NCBI GenBank assembly: GCA_963753435.1
Contig: CAVWCF010000001.1
Span: 32,001-96,000 of the forward strand
Source of the DNA: an uncultured Actinomycetota bacterium
Lineage (GTDB): Bacteria; Actinomycetota; Actinomycetes; CAVWCF01
DNA length: 64,000 bases
Direction of reading: 5' to 3'
Under the pieces are notes generated by a model, which did not search any database, was not told the origin of the DNA, and was given only the letters and a program-made list of their open reading frames with translations. This document shows, one piece after another, positions 27,697-37,158 of this stretch. Position 1 is the first letter of the stretch. Every line of letters starts with the position of its first letter. The position numbers and the translations under genes are program-made.

Positions 27697-28083
27697 GTGC
27701 CGCTTTCCGAGCACGAGCAGCGCCTGCTGGAGCAGATGGAGCGCGCCCTGTACGCCGAGGACCCGAAGCTTGCCTCAACGCTTGGTGGTGCCGGCCAGCG
27801 TCGGGCGCAGCGGCGCGCGCTAGTTGTCGGCGTCCTCGGCATCCTTATCGGTTTGGCGATGCTCCTTGGCGGCGCCGCCATCCCATCGGTGCCACTAGGC
27901 GTGGCCGGCTTCGGCGTGATGCTCGCCGCGACCTGGTACGCCTTCGGCCGCGCCCGCTCGGTTGGGTCCGGCGGGACCGAAGCACCCGCGACCCCGAAGG
28001 GGACCAAGCCGCCGAAGAGCAGCGCCGGCGTCATGAACAAGTTCGAGGAGCGCTGGCGCCGCCGTCGCGACCAGCAGCAATAG
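27697..28083 (+). CDS. DUF3040 membrane protein
   Basis: PLSEHEQRLLEQMERALYAEDPKL, two TM helices and EERWRRR; SD GAGGAG. Confidence 0.9.
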   Translation: MPLSEHEQRLLEQMERALYAEDPKLASTLGGAGQRRAQRRALVVGVLGILIGLAMLLGGAAIPSVPLGVAGFGVMLAATWYAFGRARSVGSGGTEAPATPKGTKPPKSSAGVMNKFEERWRRRRDQQQ

Positions 28084-28084
28084 C

Positions 28085-28122
28085 CGCTACTTCCTCGCTA
28101 CTTCGCTACTTCGCTACTTCGC
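28085..28122. repeat. 8-bp tandem repeat CGCTACTT (4 copies)
   Basis: Copies at 28085, 28096, 28104 and 28112, between convergent stops. Confidence 0.85.
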
Positions 28123-30441
28123 GCCGACCAGGTCCTTCGATCGATCCAGCCGCGCACTTCCAGCGGCCAGTGCCGTCTCGCTTGAGGCCAGCAAACGGCT
28201 CCAAACGCTGATCGGCACCAGCCGCGCTCGCCATCGACTCCAGCGGGACAGCGATAGGTCGTGTGCCCGCAGGAGCGATGTGATTTCGACCTGCGGCACC
28301 GGCTGGCCGGCGGCCTGGTCGGAGTAGCGCACCAGTTCCACTGCCCGCGACAGTTCCTGAAGGATCGCGATCGCGTCGGCGTCCAAGTGCCCGGCCGTCG
28401 CATCTGCCGCCTGCCGGGGAGTCCAGCCGACGGACCAGCCACCACCGCCGTCGACAAAGGTGTCCTGCCATTCGCGCCATCTGGCTTCGACGCCGGCGGT
28501 GCCGGTCGCAGCCAGACGCCGGGCCCGGATCACCCGACGGGCCAGCGCCGGAACCACCAGCACGGCCACCGCGAAGACGATCACGGCGAGCAAGAGCCAT
28601 GTGCGCCAGCCGGGTCCGCCGGCAACTACGGATGTTTCTGCGCTGTCTCGGCCGCGAATGTCGCGCACCCCGGCGGGGTCCTGCGATCCGTCGCCGGCGT
28701 CGATGCGGTCGGGACTGCCGCGACCCAGGTCAGCCCCGAGCGGCACGGTCGGGTCGGCGGCGGCTGTCGGAAGTGGAATTGCGTAGGCGGGCGGGCTGAA
28801 ACCGCTACCGCCGCGGGGGGTCGGTTCGAAGGGCAGCCAGCCGAAGCCCGACAGATACAACTCCGGCCAGGCGTGGGTGTCGTGCCAGGAGACCGACCAC
28901 CAATTGCCCGCCGGCTCTCCTTGCGCGAAGCCGACGTTGACGCGGGCGGGGATGCCCACGGACCTGGCCATCAACGCCATGGTTGAGGCGAACTGCTGGC
29001 AGTAGCCGCGCCGTTCCTGCAAGAAGTCCGCGACCGGTTCGCCGTTGGGCTGGTACCCCAGGTCGTAGGTGAACTGGGTTCGGAAGAACTGCTGCAGCGC
29101 GACTGCGCGCTCGTACGGAGAGTCCAGACCCGCGGTCACGGTCGCGGCCGTTTGGCCCAAGGTGCTGGGCACATCGGCTGGCAGCGCCAGATTGACCGGG
29201 TCCACGGTCTCATCCGTCGCCGGTGCGTCTACGAGCGTCTCCGGTGTCAGGTCCAGGTCGAGGGAAGTGGCCACGTATTCGAGTCCGTTGGTGGACCCCT
29301 CCGGCCCCAGTACGTTGAGGGTGGCCGCGTCGAAGCGCCAATCGCCGGGAACGAAAACTTCGACCGTGGGGTACGGCAACGGCAGCCGGTTCTCCTCGAG
29401 GTCGGTGACCCGCACCGTGGTGTAGTTGCGGCTGACGTCCGGTGTCCGAACTCCCGTCAGTTCTTCGGGGATGCCGTCGGAGACCTGCGCCGACGCCGGC
29501 CACGTCACCGGCGCTTGCTGCCAAACGCCGTCGGCATAGGTGTCCAGGGTGACCAGCCGCAGGTTCGTCCCGGCCTCGTCGCTAGTGCGATAGCGGAGTA
29601 CCTCGGTGTCGTCGGGACGGGTCAAGGAGTCCCGCAGGTTCAGATACGGGTTGACCGTCTCCACCGGGGACCGGCCACCGTCACCGCCGATACCGAAGAA
29701 CCCGCTCGGGGAATCCCCGAGCGGGGGCAGCAGTGCGGGCAGCAGCACCGCGAGCCCGATGGCGGCAATGCCCAGTGTCCGGCCACTGGCCGCCAGCGGG
29801 GACGGTTCGCGGGGGGCGTCGACCACGCGGTCGACGCGCGGCCCCCAGGCCCGCAGCCGTCGGGTGCCGTCAGCCAGCAGCATCGCCAGCCAGCCGGCGG
29901 CGGCCAGCACGAACGGAACCGGCGACAGGGCGCGATCCAAAGTCAGGACCGAAACCGAGTACAGACCGACCAACGGCAGCCCGGCCAGTACCGGTGAGCG
30001 AAGTCCGACGGCCAACCCATGCACGGCGATGGCGACCAGACCCACTCCGCCGCAGACCAGGAGAGTGAACACCGGTTCGGAGGCGACCGGTGGTGCAGAA
30101 GTGTTCACCGCCGTAGCCGCATCCCGAAGCAGTTGCGCCAGCGCCTGGATGCTGCTCGGCGTCGGGATCACCCCGGCCAACGCGTATGGAGAGGTGAACT
30201 GCACCGTAAGCACTGCCAGCAGGGCCAGGACCTGAGCGGAGAAGGCGCCTATACGACCCAGGCGCCGGGCGGCGATCGCCGTCGCGGTTAGAACCGCCAC
30301 CACCAGGAGCACCGACCAGAACCACTCCTGGTCTGAAAACAGGCTGGTCAGTGACAACGAGGTCGCCAGGACCGCCAAGCCACACGCCAAGCTGAGCCTG
30401 GTCGTGGCCCAAGCGTCGCTGGCGGCGACGGGCGCGCTCAT
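28114..30441 (-). CDS. Membrane transglutaminase-like protein (DUF3488/TgpA type)
   Basis: Multiple N-terminal TM helices; GYCQQFA, HAWPELY and GW.PFEPTP. Confidence 0.88.
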   Translation of the reverse strand: MSAPVAASDAWATTRLSLACGLAVLATSLSLTSLFSDQEWFWSVLLVVAVLTATAIAARRLGRIGAFSAQVLALLAVLTVQFTSPYALAGVIPTPSSIQALAQLLRDAATAVNTSAPPVASEPVFTLLVCGGVGLVAIAVHGLAVGLRSPVLAGLPLVGLYSVSVLTLDRALSPVPFVLAAAGWLAMLLADGTRRLRAWGPRVDRVVDAPREPSPLAASGRTLGIAAIGLAVLLPALLPPLGDSPSGFFGIGGDGGRSPVETVNPYLNLRDSLTRPDDTEVLRYRTSDEAGTNLRLVTLDTYADGVWQQAPVTWPASAQVSDGIPEELTGVRTPDVSRNYTTVRVTDLEENRLPLPYPTVEVFVPGDWRFDAATLNVLGPEGSTNGLEYVATSLDLDLTPETLVDAPATDETVDPVNLALPADVPSTLGQTAATVTAGLDSPYERAVALQQFFRTQFTYDLGYQPNGEPVADFLQERRGYCQQFASTMALMARSVGIPARVNVGFAQGEPAGNWWSVSWHDTHAWPELYLSGFGWLPFEPTPRGGSGFSPPAYAIPLPTAAADPTVPLGADLGRGSPDRIDAGDGSQDPAGVRDIRGRDSAETSVVAGGPGWRTWLLLAVIVFAVAVLVVPALARRVIRARRLAATGTAGVEARWREWQDTFVDGGGGWSVGWTPRQAADATAGHLDADAIAILQELSRAVELVRYSDQAAGQPVPQVEITSLLRAHDLSLSRWSRWRARLVPISVWSRLLASSETALAAGSARLDRSKDLVGAK

Positions 30442-31670
30442 CGCCGCACCCCCGCAGTTCGTCGCGAGGCCAGCGGCCACGCCGTTGCCAACGGCTCGTC
30501 CAAGGGCACGGGGACGACCCGCCAACCGCCTTGGCGCAGGACCAGCGGTGCCTGCTCGTGAGTGGCCCCGGCCGGATCCACCAGCACCGCGACAGCGGCC
30601 TCGCGACCGTGCCGCAGCCTGGCCAACTCCTCGGCATCGGTCAGGTCCAGATGCCCCAGGACCGCGATCACAACGCCGTCGCCGGACAGGCGAGCCAGGC
30701 CTTGTCCCGTGTGGGACAGGCGTGCCGAGCGGTCGGTGCGGATCACCGCGAGTGCGTCCAGCAGCCCACCGAGTGGGTCGCCGGCGGAGTCCGTTGCTCG
30801 GGACTGATCCGCCGGGGGAGATGCGGTGACCAGGTCGACGGTGAAGCCGCCTTTGCCCAGGTACAAGCCCAGGGATGCGGTGATGCTGACCGCACGCTCG
30901 AAGGTCGACGTGCTGCCGGATCCCTTGTGCGCGGCGAAGCGGTTGTCCAGGAGCAGCACGGCGCGCGATTCCCACGGCTGCTCTTCACGGCGGACCATCA
31001 GCTCACCCAGCCGGGCGGTGGACTTCCAGTGGACTCGGCGCAACTCGTCCCCGACCCGGTACCCCCTAGGGGTGACGTCATCCTCGCCGGTGGAGGCGAT
31101 TGCGCGGGTGCGGCTGTCGCCGCTTCCGGACCATTCGCCGCCGAGTGGAACCGCGGGGACCTCCTCAGTGGCCGGTGTGACGGTGAGGGTGTCTACCTTG
31201 GGCAGCGTCCAAGTCAGGCGGCACAACCCGAACGGGTCGGACAGCCATACGCGTAGGGGCCCGACCAGATAGCGACCGCGCCGTCCGGCCAGCAGTTCGG
31301 TGGTGAAGTCACGTTGACCGCCAGGTGGAATGCGCTCCAGCACGAAGCGGGTCCCTCCGCCGACGGCGTCGTCTGCTTCGTCCTCCACCAGCACCGTCCC
31401 GCTGGGGAGCCGGGATCGGTTCTCGATCACCAAATGTGATCGGGCTGGTGTCCCAACGCCAACGCGTTGCGGATCCAGCCGCCTGCGGGCAGCCAGCCGT
31501 TCGCGATTGCGCAGCACGAACAACATCGCGAGCAGGGGCAGAACTACGAGGAGCGTCCCGACCCGCAGCAGGTCGGCCTGGTCGGCCAGCCACCCGCTGA
31601 TCAACACGATGACGCCCACGGCCAGCACGCCCGCTCCGCGCGGGGTCAGGCCCTGCAATGCGCGTCGCAT
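30438..31670 (-). CDS. DUF58 protein (MoxR partner)
   Basis: RRGRY.VGP, DPFGL and R.YRVGDELRRVHWKSTAR..ELMVR. Confidence 0.92.
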   Translation of the reverse strand: MRRALQGLTPRGAGVLAVGVIVLISGWLADQADLLRVGTLLVVLPLLAMLFVLRNRERLAARRRLDPQRVGVGTPARSHLVIENRSRLPSGTVLVEDEADDAVGGGTRFVLERIPPGGQRDFTTELLAGRRGRYLVGPLRVWLSDPFGLCRLTWTLPKVDTLTVTPATEEVPAVPLGGEWSGSGDSRTRAIASTGEDDVTPRGYRVGDELRRVHWKSTARLGELMVRREEQPWESRAVLLLDNRFAAHKGSGSTSTFERAVSITASLGLYLGKGGFTVDLVTASPPADQSRATDSAGDPLGGLLDALAVIRTDRSARLSHTGQGLARLSGDGVVIAVLGHLDLTDAEELARLRHGREAAVAVLVDPAGATHEQAPLVLRQGGWRVVPVPLDEPLATAWPLASRRTAGVRR

Positions 31671-31672
31671 GC

Positions 31673-32623
31673 CTAACCGGAACGACGGGCGGCGTCAGGC
31701 ACCGGCGTTCGCTGCACCAATTCAGATACGACCAGTTCCGGGCTGCGGCGGGAGATCTGTGCGTCTGCCGTCGGTATCAGCCGGTGCGCCAGCACTGCGA
31801 CAGCGAGTGCCTGCACGTCGTCGGGGAGCACGAAGTCCCGGCCGGCGAGGGCGGCCGCCGCCCGGCTTGCCTTGATCAGATGCAGCGTGGCCCGCGGCGA
31901 CGCGCCCAGCCGAAGGTCAGGGCTGTTCCGGGTAGCCGTGGCCAGGTCGATTGCGTACTGCTTGACGGCATCGGCGACGTGGACGCGCTCAACCGCCTGC
32001 ACCAGGCTCGACACGGCAGCGGCGTCGGCGACGGCGGAGATGCCGTCGAGCGCAGACCCGCCGCCGTGGGTCTCCAGCATCCGCAACTCCGCGGCCTGGT
32101 CGGGGTAGCCCATTGCGACGCGGGCCATGAATCGGTCGCGCTGGGCCTCCGGCAGCGGATACGTGCCTTCCATCTCCACCGGGTTCTGCGTCGCGATCAC
32201 CATGAACGGGAGCGCCAACAAGTAGGTGTGCCCGTCGACGGTTACCTGGCGTTCCTCCATCGCCTCAAGCAGAGCGGCTTGAGTCTTTGGCGACGCCCGG
32301 TTGATCTCGTCCCCGACCACGATGTGCGCGAATACCGCACCGGGCTTGAACTCGAATTCGCGCGTGGCCTGGTTGAAGACGCTTACTCCGGTCACGTCTC
32401 CGGGCAGTAGGTCGGGAGTGAACTGGATGCGGCGCACCGAGCAGTCGAGGCTGCGACCCAGTGCCTTGGCGAGCATGGTCTTTCCGACACCGGGGACGTC
32501 TTCGATCAGCAGGTGCCCACCGGCCAGCAGCACGGTCAGGGCCAGACGGATCTGCGGGGCCTTGCCCTCAATGACCCGCTCCACGCTGTTGCCGATGGCG
32601 GAAGCGCGCTCAGCGACGTTCAC
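31673..32623 (-). CDS. moxR: MoxR family AAA+ ATPase
   Basis: EDVPGVGKT, RIQFTPDLLP.D, DEINRA and ATQNPVEMEGTYPLPEAQRDRF; start at GTG 32623, 6 nt after TACCGT. Confidence 0.92.
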   Translation of the reverse strand: MNVAERASAIGNSVERVIEGKAPQIRLALTVLLAGGHLLIEDVPGVGKTMLAKALGRSLDCSVRRIQFTPDLLPGDVTGVSVFNQATREFEFKPGAVFAHIVVGDEINRASPKTQAALLEAMEERQVTVDGHTYLLALPFMVIATQNPVEMEGTYPLPEAQRDRFMARVAMGYPDQAAELRMLETHGGGSALDGISAVADAAAVSSLVQAVERVHVADAVKQYAIDLATATRNSPDLRLGASPRATLHLIKASRAAAALAGRDFVLPDDVQALAVAVLAHRLIPTADAQISRRSPELVVSELVQRTPVPDAARRSG

Positions 32624-32728
32624 CGCTTCACGGTAATCGCATGTCGCGGCCCCGGCGACCCCGAATCCCGTACCGGTGATGTGGTGTGGTCTCATGACAC
32701 CGGAATGGTCTGACGTCTGGGGGTTGCC

Positions 32729-33607
32729 GTGACTGGACCGTGGGTTTTCGACCACGTCGTGGTGGGTGCATCAGACCCCGAGGCCACGGCGGACTTCTTC
32801 GCCACCTTCGGCTTTGCGGTTGCGGCCAGGTCCGGGCTATCTGCGGGGGCCGCCGCTGCCTACGGGTTGGCCGTGGGGGCTCCGGTAATCGATCTGTCCG
32901 TACCGGGCGCAGAGTCCGGCCGCATCCGGCTAATCGGGTCGGATCTGGACGGGGACGAGTACTCCCAGTACGCACCTCGGGTGGAGGCACTTGACCTCTA
33001 TACGCGGGACATGGCCGCCAGCTTGGAGCTGATCAAGCAGGCGGGGCTGGTCCCGGTTGGGCCGGCGGCCGATTTCCCGTTCGGTCCCTTGCGGCTGCAG
33101 CAAGTCGCCGTGCACGGACCGGACCGCGTCATGCTCGTGCTGGTCGACATCAACCATCGGTTGCCGAGCGTCCTTGACGACACGGCTACTGACTCCGCGC
33201 AAGCCCTGCACTCGGAACTGCACAGCGTGGTGTGCGTGGTGGATGACTTGGACGCTGCGACCACCTTCTTCACGGACGCCGGCCTGGAGTTGCGCGCCAC
33301 CTTCCCGCTGGCCGAACCGGCGGTGCCTGCGTTCATGGGCCTGCCGCGACCGTCGACCATGCGGATGTCGGTGCTGGGCAACGCCGAGTCCGTGCCTCCC
33401 CGCTTTGAGTTGCTGCAGTTCGACGATGAGTCGGCGCCTGCGCGACCGAGCCTGCCGCTGCGCCCCGGAGCCCTGCTGCCGGTGTTCGTCGCCGACGTGA
33501 ATGCCGCGGCCGACTCGCTTCAAGGAGCAGTGCGCTTTGACGATGCGATCGTCGGCGTGACCGCGCACGGGGTTCCGGTGCAGGTCCAGTCGGAGCCGTT
33601 GCGGTGA
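32729..33607 (+). CDS. VOC/glyoxalase superfamily protein (two domains)
   Basis: FDHVVVG.SD.EAT.DFF..FGF and ELHSVVCVVDDLDAATTFF...FELLQF; GTGA overlap with gntR. Confidence 0.7.
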   Translation: MTGPWVFDHVVVGASDPEATADFFATFGFAVAARSGLSAGAAAAYGLAVGAPVIDLSVPGAESGRIRLIGSDLDGDEYSQYAPRVEALDLYTRDMAASLELIKQAGLVPVGPAADFPFGPLRLQQVAVHGPDRVMLVLVDINHRLPSVLDDTATDSAQALHSELHSVVCVVDDLDAATTFFTDAGLELRATFPLAEPAVPAFMGLPRPSTMRMSVLGNAESVPPRFELLQFDDESAPARPSLPLRPGALLPVFVADVNAAADSLQGAVRFDDAIVGVTAHGVPVQVQSEPLR

Positions 33608-34329
33608 CCGCCAAGCGGCCTGCGTACCAGGAACTCGCCGACCGACTGCGCAGCCGCATCCTGTCGGGGGAACTGAAGCCCGGCGATCGCCTGCCGGTGG
33701 AACCGGACCTGTCCGCGGAGTTCGGTGTTTCCCGAAGCACCGTTCGGGAAGCGCTGCGCGTGTTGTCCAGCCAGAACCTGGTGGCAACGACGCGGGGCGT
33801 GTCGGGCGGTTCCTTTGTCGTGACGCCAGGTGTGGACCAGATCACGGGCTACCTGGCTACAACGTTCGGCCTGCTGACCGGTGCTCAGGAGATAACTGTC
33901 GAGGAGTTGCTGGAGGCGCGGCGGCTAATCGAGATCCCGGCGGCCGGGCTGGCTGCGCAGCGGCGTTCCCCGCAATTGCTGAAGGAACTCGAGTCCACGC
34001 TGGTGGACCCCCGCGAGGTGAGTGCGGAGGGCCTGCGGGAAGCGCACGATCGATTCCACACCGCGCTCGTGGCCGGCGCCGGAAACCCCCTGCTTGAGGT
34101 CATGGTCCGGCCGTTGTTCCTCGTGCTCAATGAACGCTTCGCCCGGGAAGAGGCGCCCACGGCGACCTGGGAGGACGTGGAGTCCGACCACGCGGCCATC
34201 CTCGAGCGGGTCGCCGCTGGGGACGCCGAGGGGGCCGCCGCGGCTGCGGCCGCTCATCTGGAGCATCTGGTTGACCTGTACCGAAGTCTGGATCGGGCCA
34301 CCCTTGACCAAGAAACATCAGACATTTAG
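33604..34329 (+). CDS. GntR/FadR-family transcriptional regulator
   Basis: LKPGDRLP.E.DL...FGVSRSTVREAL; FCD domain FH..L...GN.LL and H..I. Confidence 0.92.
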   Translation: MTAKRPAYQELADRLRSRILSGELKPGDRLPVEPDLSAEFGVSRSTVREALRVLSSQNLVATTRGVSGGSFVVTPGVDQITGYLATTFGLLTGAQEITVEELLEARRLIEIPAAGLAAQRRSPQLLKELESTLVDPREVSAEGLREAHDRFHTALVAGAGNPLLEVMVRPLFLVLNERFAREEAPTATWEDVESDHAAILERVAAGDAEGAAAAAAAHLEHLVDLYRSLDRATLDQETSDI

Positions 34330-34332
34330 GGT
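34304..34332 (+). promoter_or_regulatory. Sigma70-type promoter for the catabolic operon, overlapping the 3' end of gntR
   Basis: TTGACC (34304-09), 17-nt spacer, TAGGGT (34327-32); the spacer carries ACATCAGAC. Confidence 0.65.
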
Positions 34333-34357
34333 GCCGCAAATCTAGAGAGGACCGCGA

Positions 34358-34900
34358 ATGACCGTGCACGAAGCCCAGCTGGGGCCCTTCTTCGAGGATT
34401 ACGTCGTCGGCGACGTGTACCAGCACCCGTTCGGCCGCACGATCTCCGAAACGGACTCCACCTGGTTCACCCAGTTGACCTGCAACACCAACCAGAACCA
34501 CTTCAACTTCCATCTGGCCGCACAGAACCCGATCACCGACGGCAAGGTGATCGTCAACTCCGGCCTGACCGTGGCCCTGGTACTCGGCCTGTCCGTGATC
34601 GACATGAGCCAGAACGCCATCGCCAATCTGGGGTGGACCGACATCAAGCTCACGCACCCGGTGCTGATCGGGGACACGCTTTACGCGGAGTCCATCTGCC
34701 TGGACAAGCGGGAGTCCTCCTCGCGCCCCTACGCCGGAATCATCACGATGAAGACCCGCGGGCTGAACCAGGATGGCGACGAGATCGTCTCCTGGGTTCG
34801 CTCGGTCATGGTTGCGAAGCGGTCCAGCGGCATCGGCCAGAACTACTTCCCCGAGGCGAAGACCGGACCGCTGACCCCGCCGGCGCCCGCGGAGGCCTGA
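34358..34900 (+). CDS. MaoC-like (R)-hydratase (itaconyl/mesaconyl-CoA hydratase-like)
   Basis: GPFFEDY.VGD...H..GRTI.E.D..WF....N.N..H, ANLGW, HPV..GDTLYAES and NQDG. Confidence 0.82.
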   Translation: MTVHEAQLGPFFEDYVVGDVYQHPFGRTISETDSTWFTQLTCNTNQNHFNFHLAAQNPITDGKVIVNSGLTVALVLGLSVIDMSQNAIANLGWTDIKLTHPVLIGDTLYAESICLDKRESSSRPYAGIITMKTRGLNQDGDEIVSWVRSVMVAKRSSGIGQNYFPEAKTGPLTPPAPAEA

Positions 34901-34903
34901 GTC

Positions 34904-35938
34904 GTGCTTCGCATTACGTACGGGCCCTGGGGCGAAACCCTCGCGGAGTTGGTGGACGCAGCGGCAGCCGCGGAGGCGGCCGGCGCTGAGGTGGTCTGGG
35001 CGCCGGAGATGCACCGGTCGGCAACCATCACCGCAGCGGCGATGGCCGCAGGCACGACGACGGTCGGGGTGGGCACGGCGATCGCGTTGGCGTTCACCCG
35101 CAGCCCGATGGTCACCGCCTTGGAGGCCATGGATCTGGACGAGCTGTCCACTGGGCGCTTCGTTCTCGGCCTCGGCACCGGTGTGCAGCGACTGAACGAG
35201 GACTGGCACAACGCCCGCTGGGGCAAGCCGGTCGGTCACCTCAAGGAGACGGTGGCGATCATTCGCCACTTCATCGCCAACGCCGCCTCCGGTGCGCCGA
35301 TCGACATTGACGGCGAGTTCGAGCACATGCGCATCCGTGGCTACCAGCGGCCTTACGCACAGCAGCGGGAGGACATCCCGATCTACCTGGCGGGCATGGG
35401 TCCGGCGATGACTCGGACTGCCGCCGAGATCGGTGACGGCTGGATAAGCCACGAGTTGTGCAGCCCGACGTTCGTGGACAAGCAGGTGCTCCCGAATGTG
35501 GCGGCAGGCCTCCAGCGCGCCGGCAAGGCACGCGACCAGGTGGATCTCGTGGTCTCGGCGTGCTGCTCGGTCGACGCCGACGCGGCCGTGGCCCGCCGGC
35601 GAGCGGCGGGGATTGTCGGCTTCTACGCCAGCGTGCGGACCTACGCCGACTTCTTCGAGTTCCACGGGTTCGGTGCGGAGGCGGCCGCCGCCGGCGCCGC
35701 ACTGAAATCCGGTGCGGTGGCGCAGAAACTCGGTGAGGCGATTCCCGACGAGATGGTCGACGCGCTGACCATCTCCGGCTCACCCGACGACATCCGCGTC
35801 GCACTGAGTCGGTACGAGGGCGTGGTTGACAGCATCAAGCTGACCCCGCCCACCCACGGGTTGTCACCGGACGAGGTACGGGCGGCGCAGTCCCAGGTGA
35901 TCCAGTTGATCGGTGAGCTGACCGGAGGACGTTCATGA
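34904..35938 (+). CDS. LLM-class flavin/F420-dependent oxidoreductase
   Basis: AEAAG...VWAPE, GTAIALAF.RSP, GRFVLGLG.G and PIYLAG.GP.M...AAEIGDGW. Confidence 0.88.
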   Translation: MLRITYGPWGETLAELVDAAAAAEAAGAEVVWAPEMHRSATITAAAMAAGTTTVGVGTAIALAFTRSPMVTALEAMDLDELSTGRFVLGLGTGVQRLNEDWHNARWGKPVGHLKETVAIIRHFIANAASGAPIDIDGEFEHMRIRGYQRPYAQQREDIPIYLAGMGPAMTRTAAEIGDGWISHELCSPTFVDKQVLPNVAAGLQRAGKARDQVDLVVSACCSVDADAAVARRRAAGIVGFYASVRTYADFFEFHGFGAEAAAAGAALKSGAVAQKLGEAIPDEMVDALTISGSPDDIRVALSRYEGVVDSIKLTPPTHGLSPDEVRAAQSQVIQLIGELTGGRS

Positions 35939-37158
35939 GGCCGTTGGCGGACGTGCGAATCATCGCGGTCGAGCAGTACGGCGCCGGTCCGTGGGGCAGC
36001 GTGCACCTCGCTGACCTCGGTGCTGAGGTCATCAAGATCGAGGAGCCCAAGTCCGGCGGGGACGTGGGGCGCTATGTGCCGCCCTACGCCGAGGGCGAGG
36101 ACTCCTTGTTCTTCGAAGTGTTCAACCGAAACAAGAAGTCCCTCTCGCTGGACCTGACCACCGACTCCGGTCGCCAGGTCTTCGAGGACCTGGTCCGCAG
36201 CGCGGACGCGGTCTACTCCAACCTGCGCGGCGATGTGCCGGCCAAGATCGGCATCACCTACGACGACCTCAAGCACATCAACCCGAAGATCGTGTGCTGC
36301 TCACTGTCCGGGTTCGGGATGACCGGCCCGCGGCAGAAGGAGCCCGGCTACGACTACATCCTGCAGGGCCTCGGCGGCTGGATGGATGTCACCGGGGAGC
36401 CGGACGGACCGCCGACCAAGTCCGGACTGTCGATGGTCGACTACTCCGGCGGCTTCATTGCCGCCATCTCGTTGCTTTCCGGGATCCACGCCGCGCGCCG
36501 CGACGGGGTGGGCATGGACTGTGACGTGTCGCTGTACGACACCGCGGTCGCGATGCTCACCTATCCGGGCATCTGGGCGCTCAACACCGACTTCGTGCCG
36601 AAACGGACGCGACATTCGGCGCACCCGTCCTTGGTCCCCTTCCAGGTCTTCCAGACCAAAGACGCTTGGATCGTCGTCGGCTGCGCGAAGGAGAAGTTCT
36701 GGCAGCGGCTCGCGCCGGTACTGGGGCATCCGGAGTGGGCTACCGACGAGAAGTACGCCACGTTCGCGGCGCGGGAGCGCAACAAGGAAGAACTGCTTGC
36801 CCAGTTGGAGGACATCTTCCTTACCCGGACGGCGAGTGAATGGCTGGCTGAGTTGTATCCGGCCGGCATCCCGTGCGGGCCCATCAACTCGGTGCGTGAG
36901 GCCCTGGTCGAGGAACACACGCAGGCACGTGGCCTGATCGTTGATGTCGAGCACCCCCGATGGGGCACGGTCAAGCACCCGCGCACCGCCGTCAACGTCG
37001 GCCCGGTGGCGACCGAGCACCGGCGAGCACCGCAACGCAACGAGGACTTCGACTACGTGATGGAACTCCTCGACTACGACCCGGACCAGATCGTCAGCAG
37101 TGTGAAGTCCGGTGCGTTCGGGGATCCGGAGACGGTCCGCTTCCTTCCGGAGGTCTGA
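35935..37158 (+). CDS. CaiB/BaiF (family III) CoA-transferase
   Basis: AGP.....LADLGAEVIKIE, NRNKKSL.LDL, SGFG.TGP and PGYD. Confidence 0.93.
   Translation: MRPLADVRIIAVEQYGAGPWGSVHLADLGAEVIKIEEPKSGGDVGRYVPPYAEGEDSLFFEVFNRNKKSLSLDLTTDSGRQVFEDLVRSADAVYSNLRGDVPAKIGITYDDLKHINPKIVCCSLSGFGMTGPRQKEPGYDYILQGLGGWMDVTGEPDGPPTKSGLSMVDYSGGFIAAISLLSGIHAARRDGVGMDCDVSLYDTAVAMLTYPGIWALNTDFVPKRTRHSAHPSLVPFQVFQTKDAWIVVGCAKEKFWQRLAPVLGHPEWATDEKYATFAARERNKEELLAQLEDIFLTRTASEWLAELYPAGIPCGPINSVREALVEEHTQARGLIVDVEHPRWGTVKHPRTAVNVGPVATEHRRAPQRNEDFDYVMELLDYDPDQIVSSVKSGAFGDPETVRFLPEV

Noticed and set aside
28085-28122. Short repeats as a CRISPR array
   Set aside because: 8-bp units without spacers and no cas genes; no CRISPR-like array was seen anywhere in the window.
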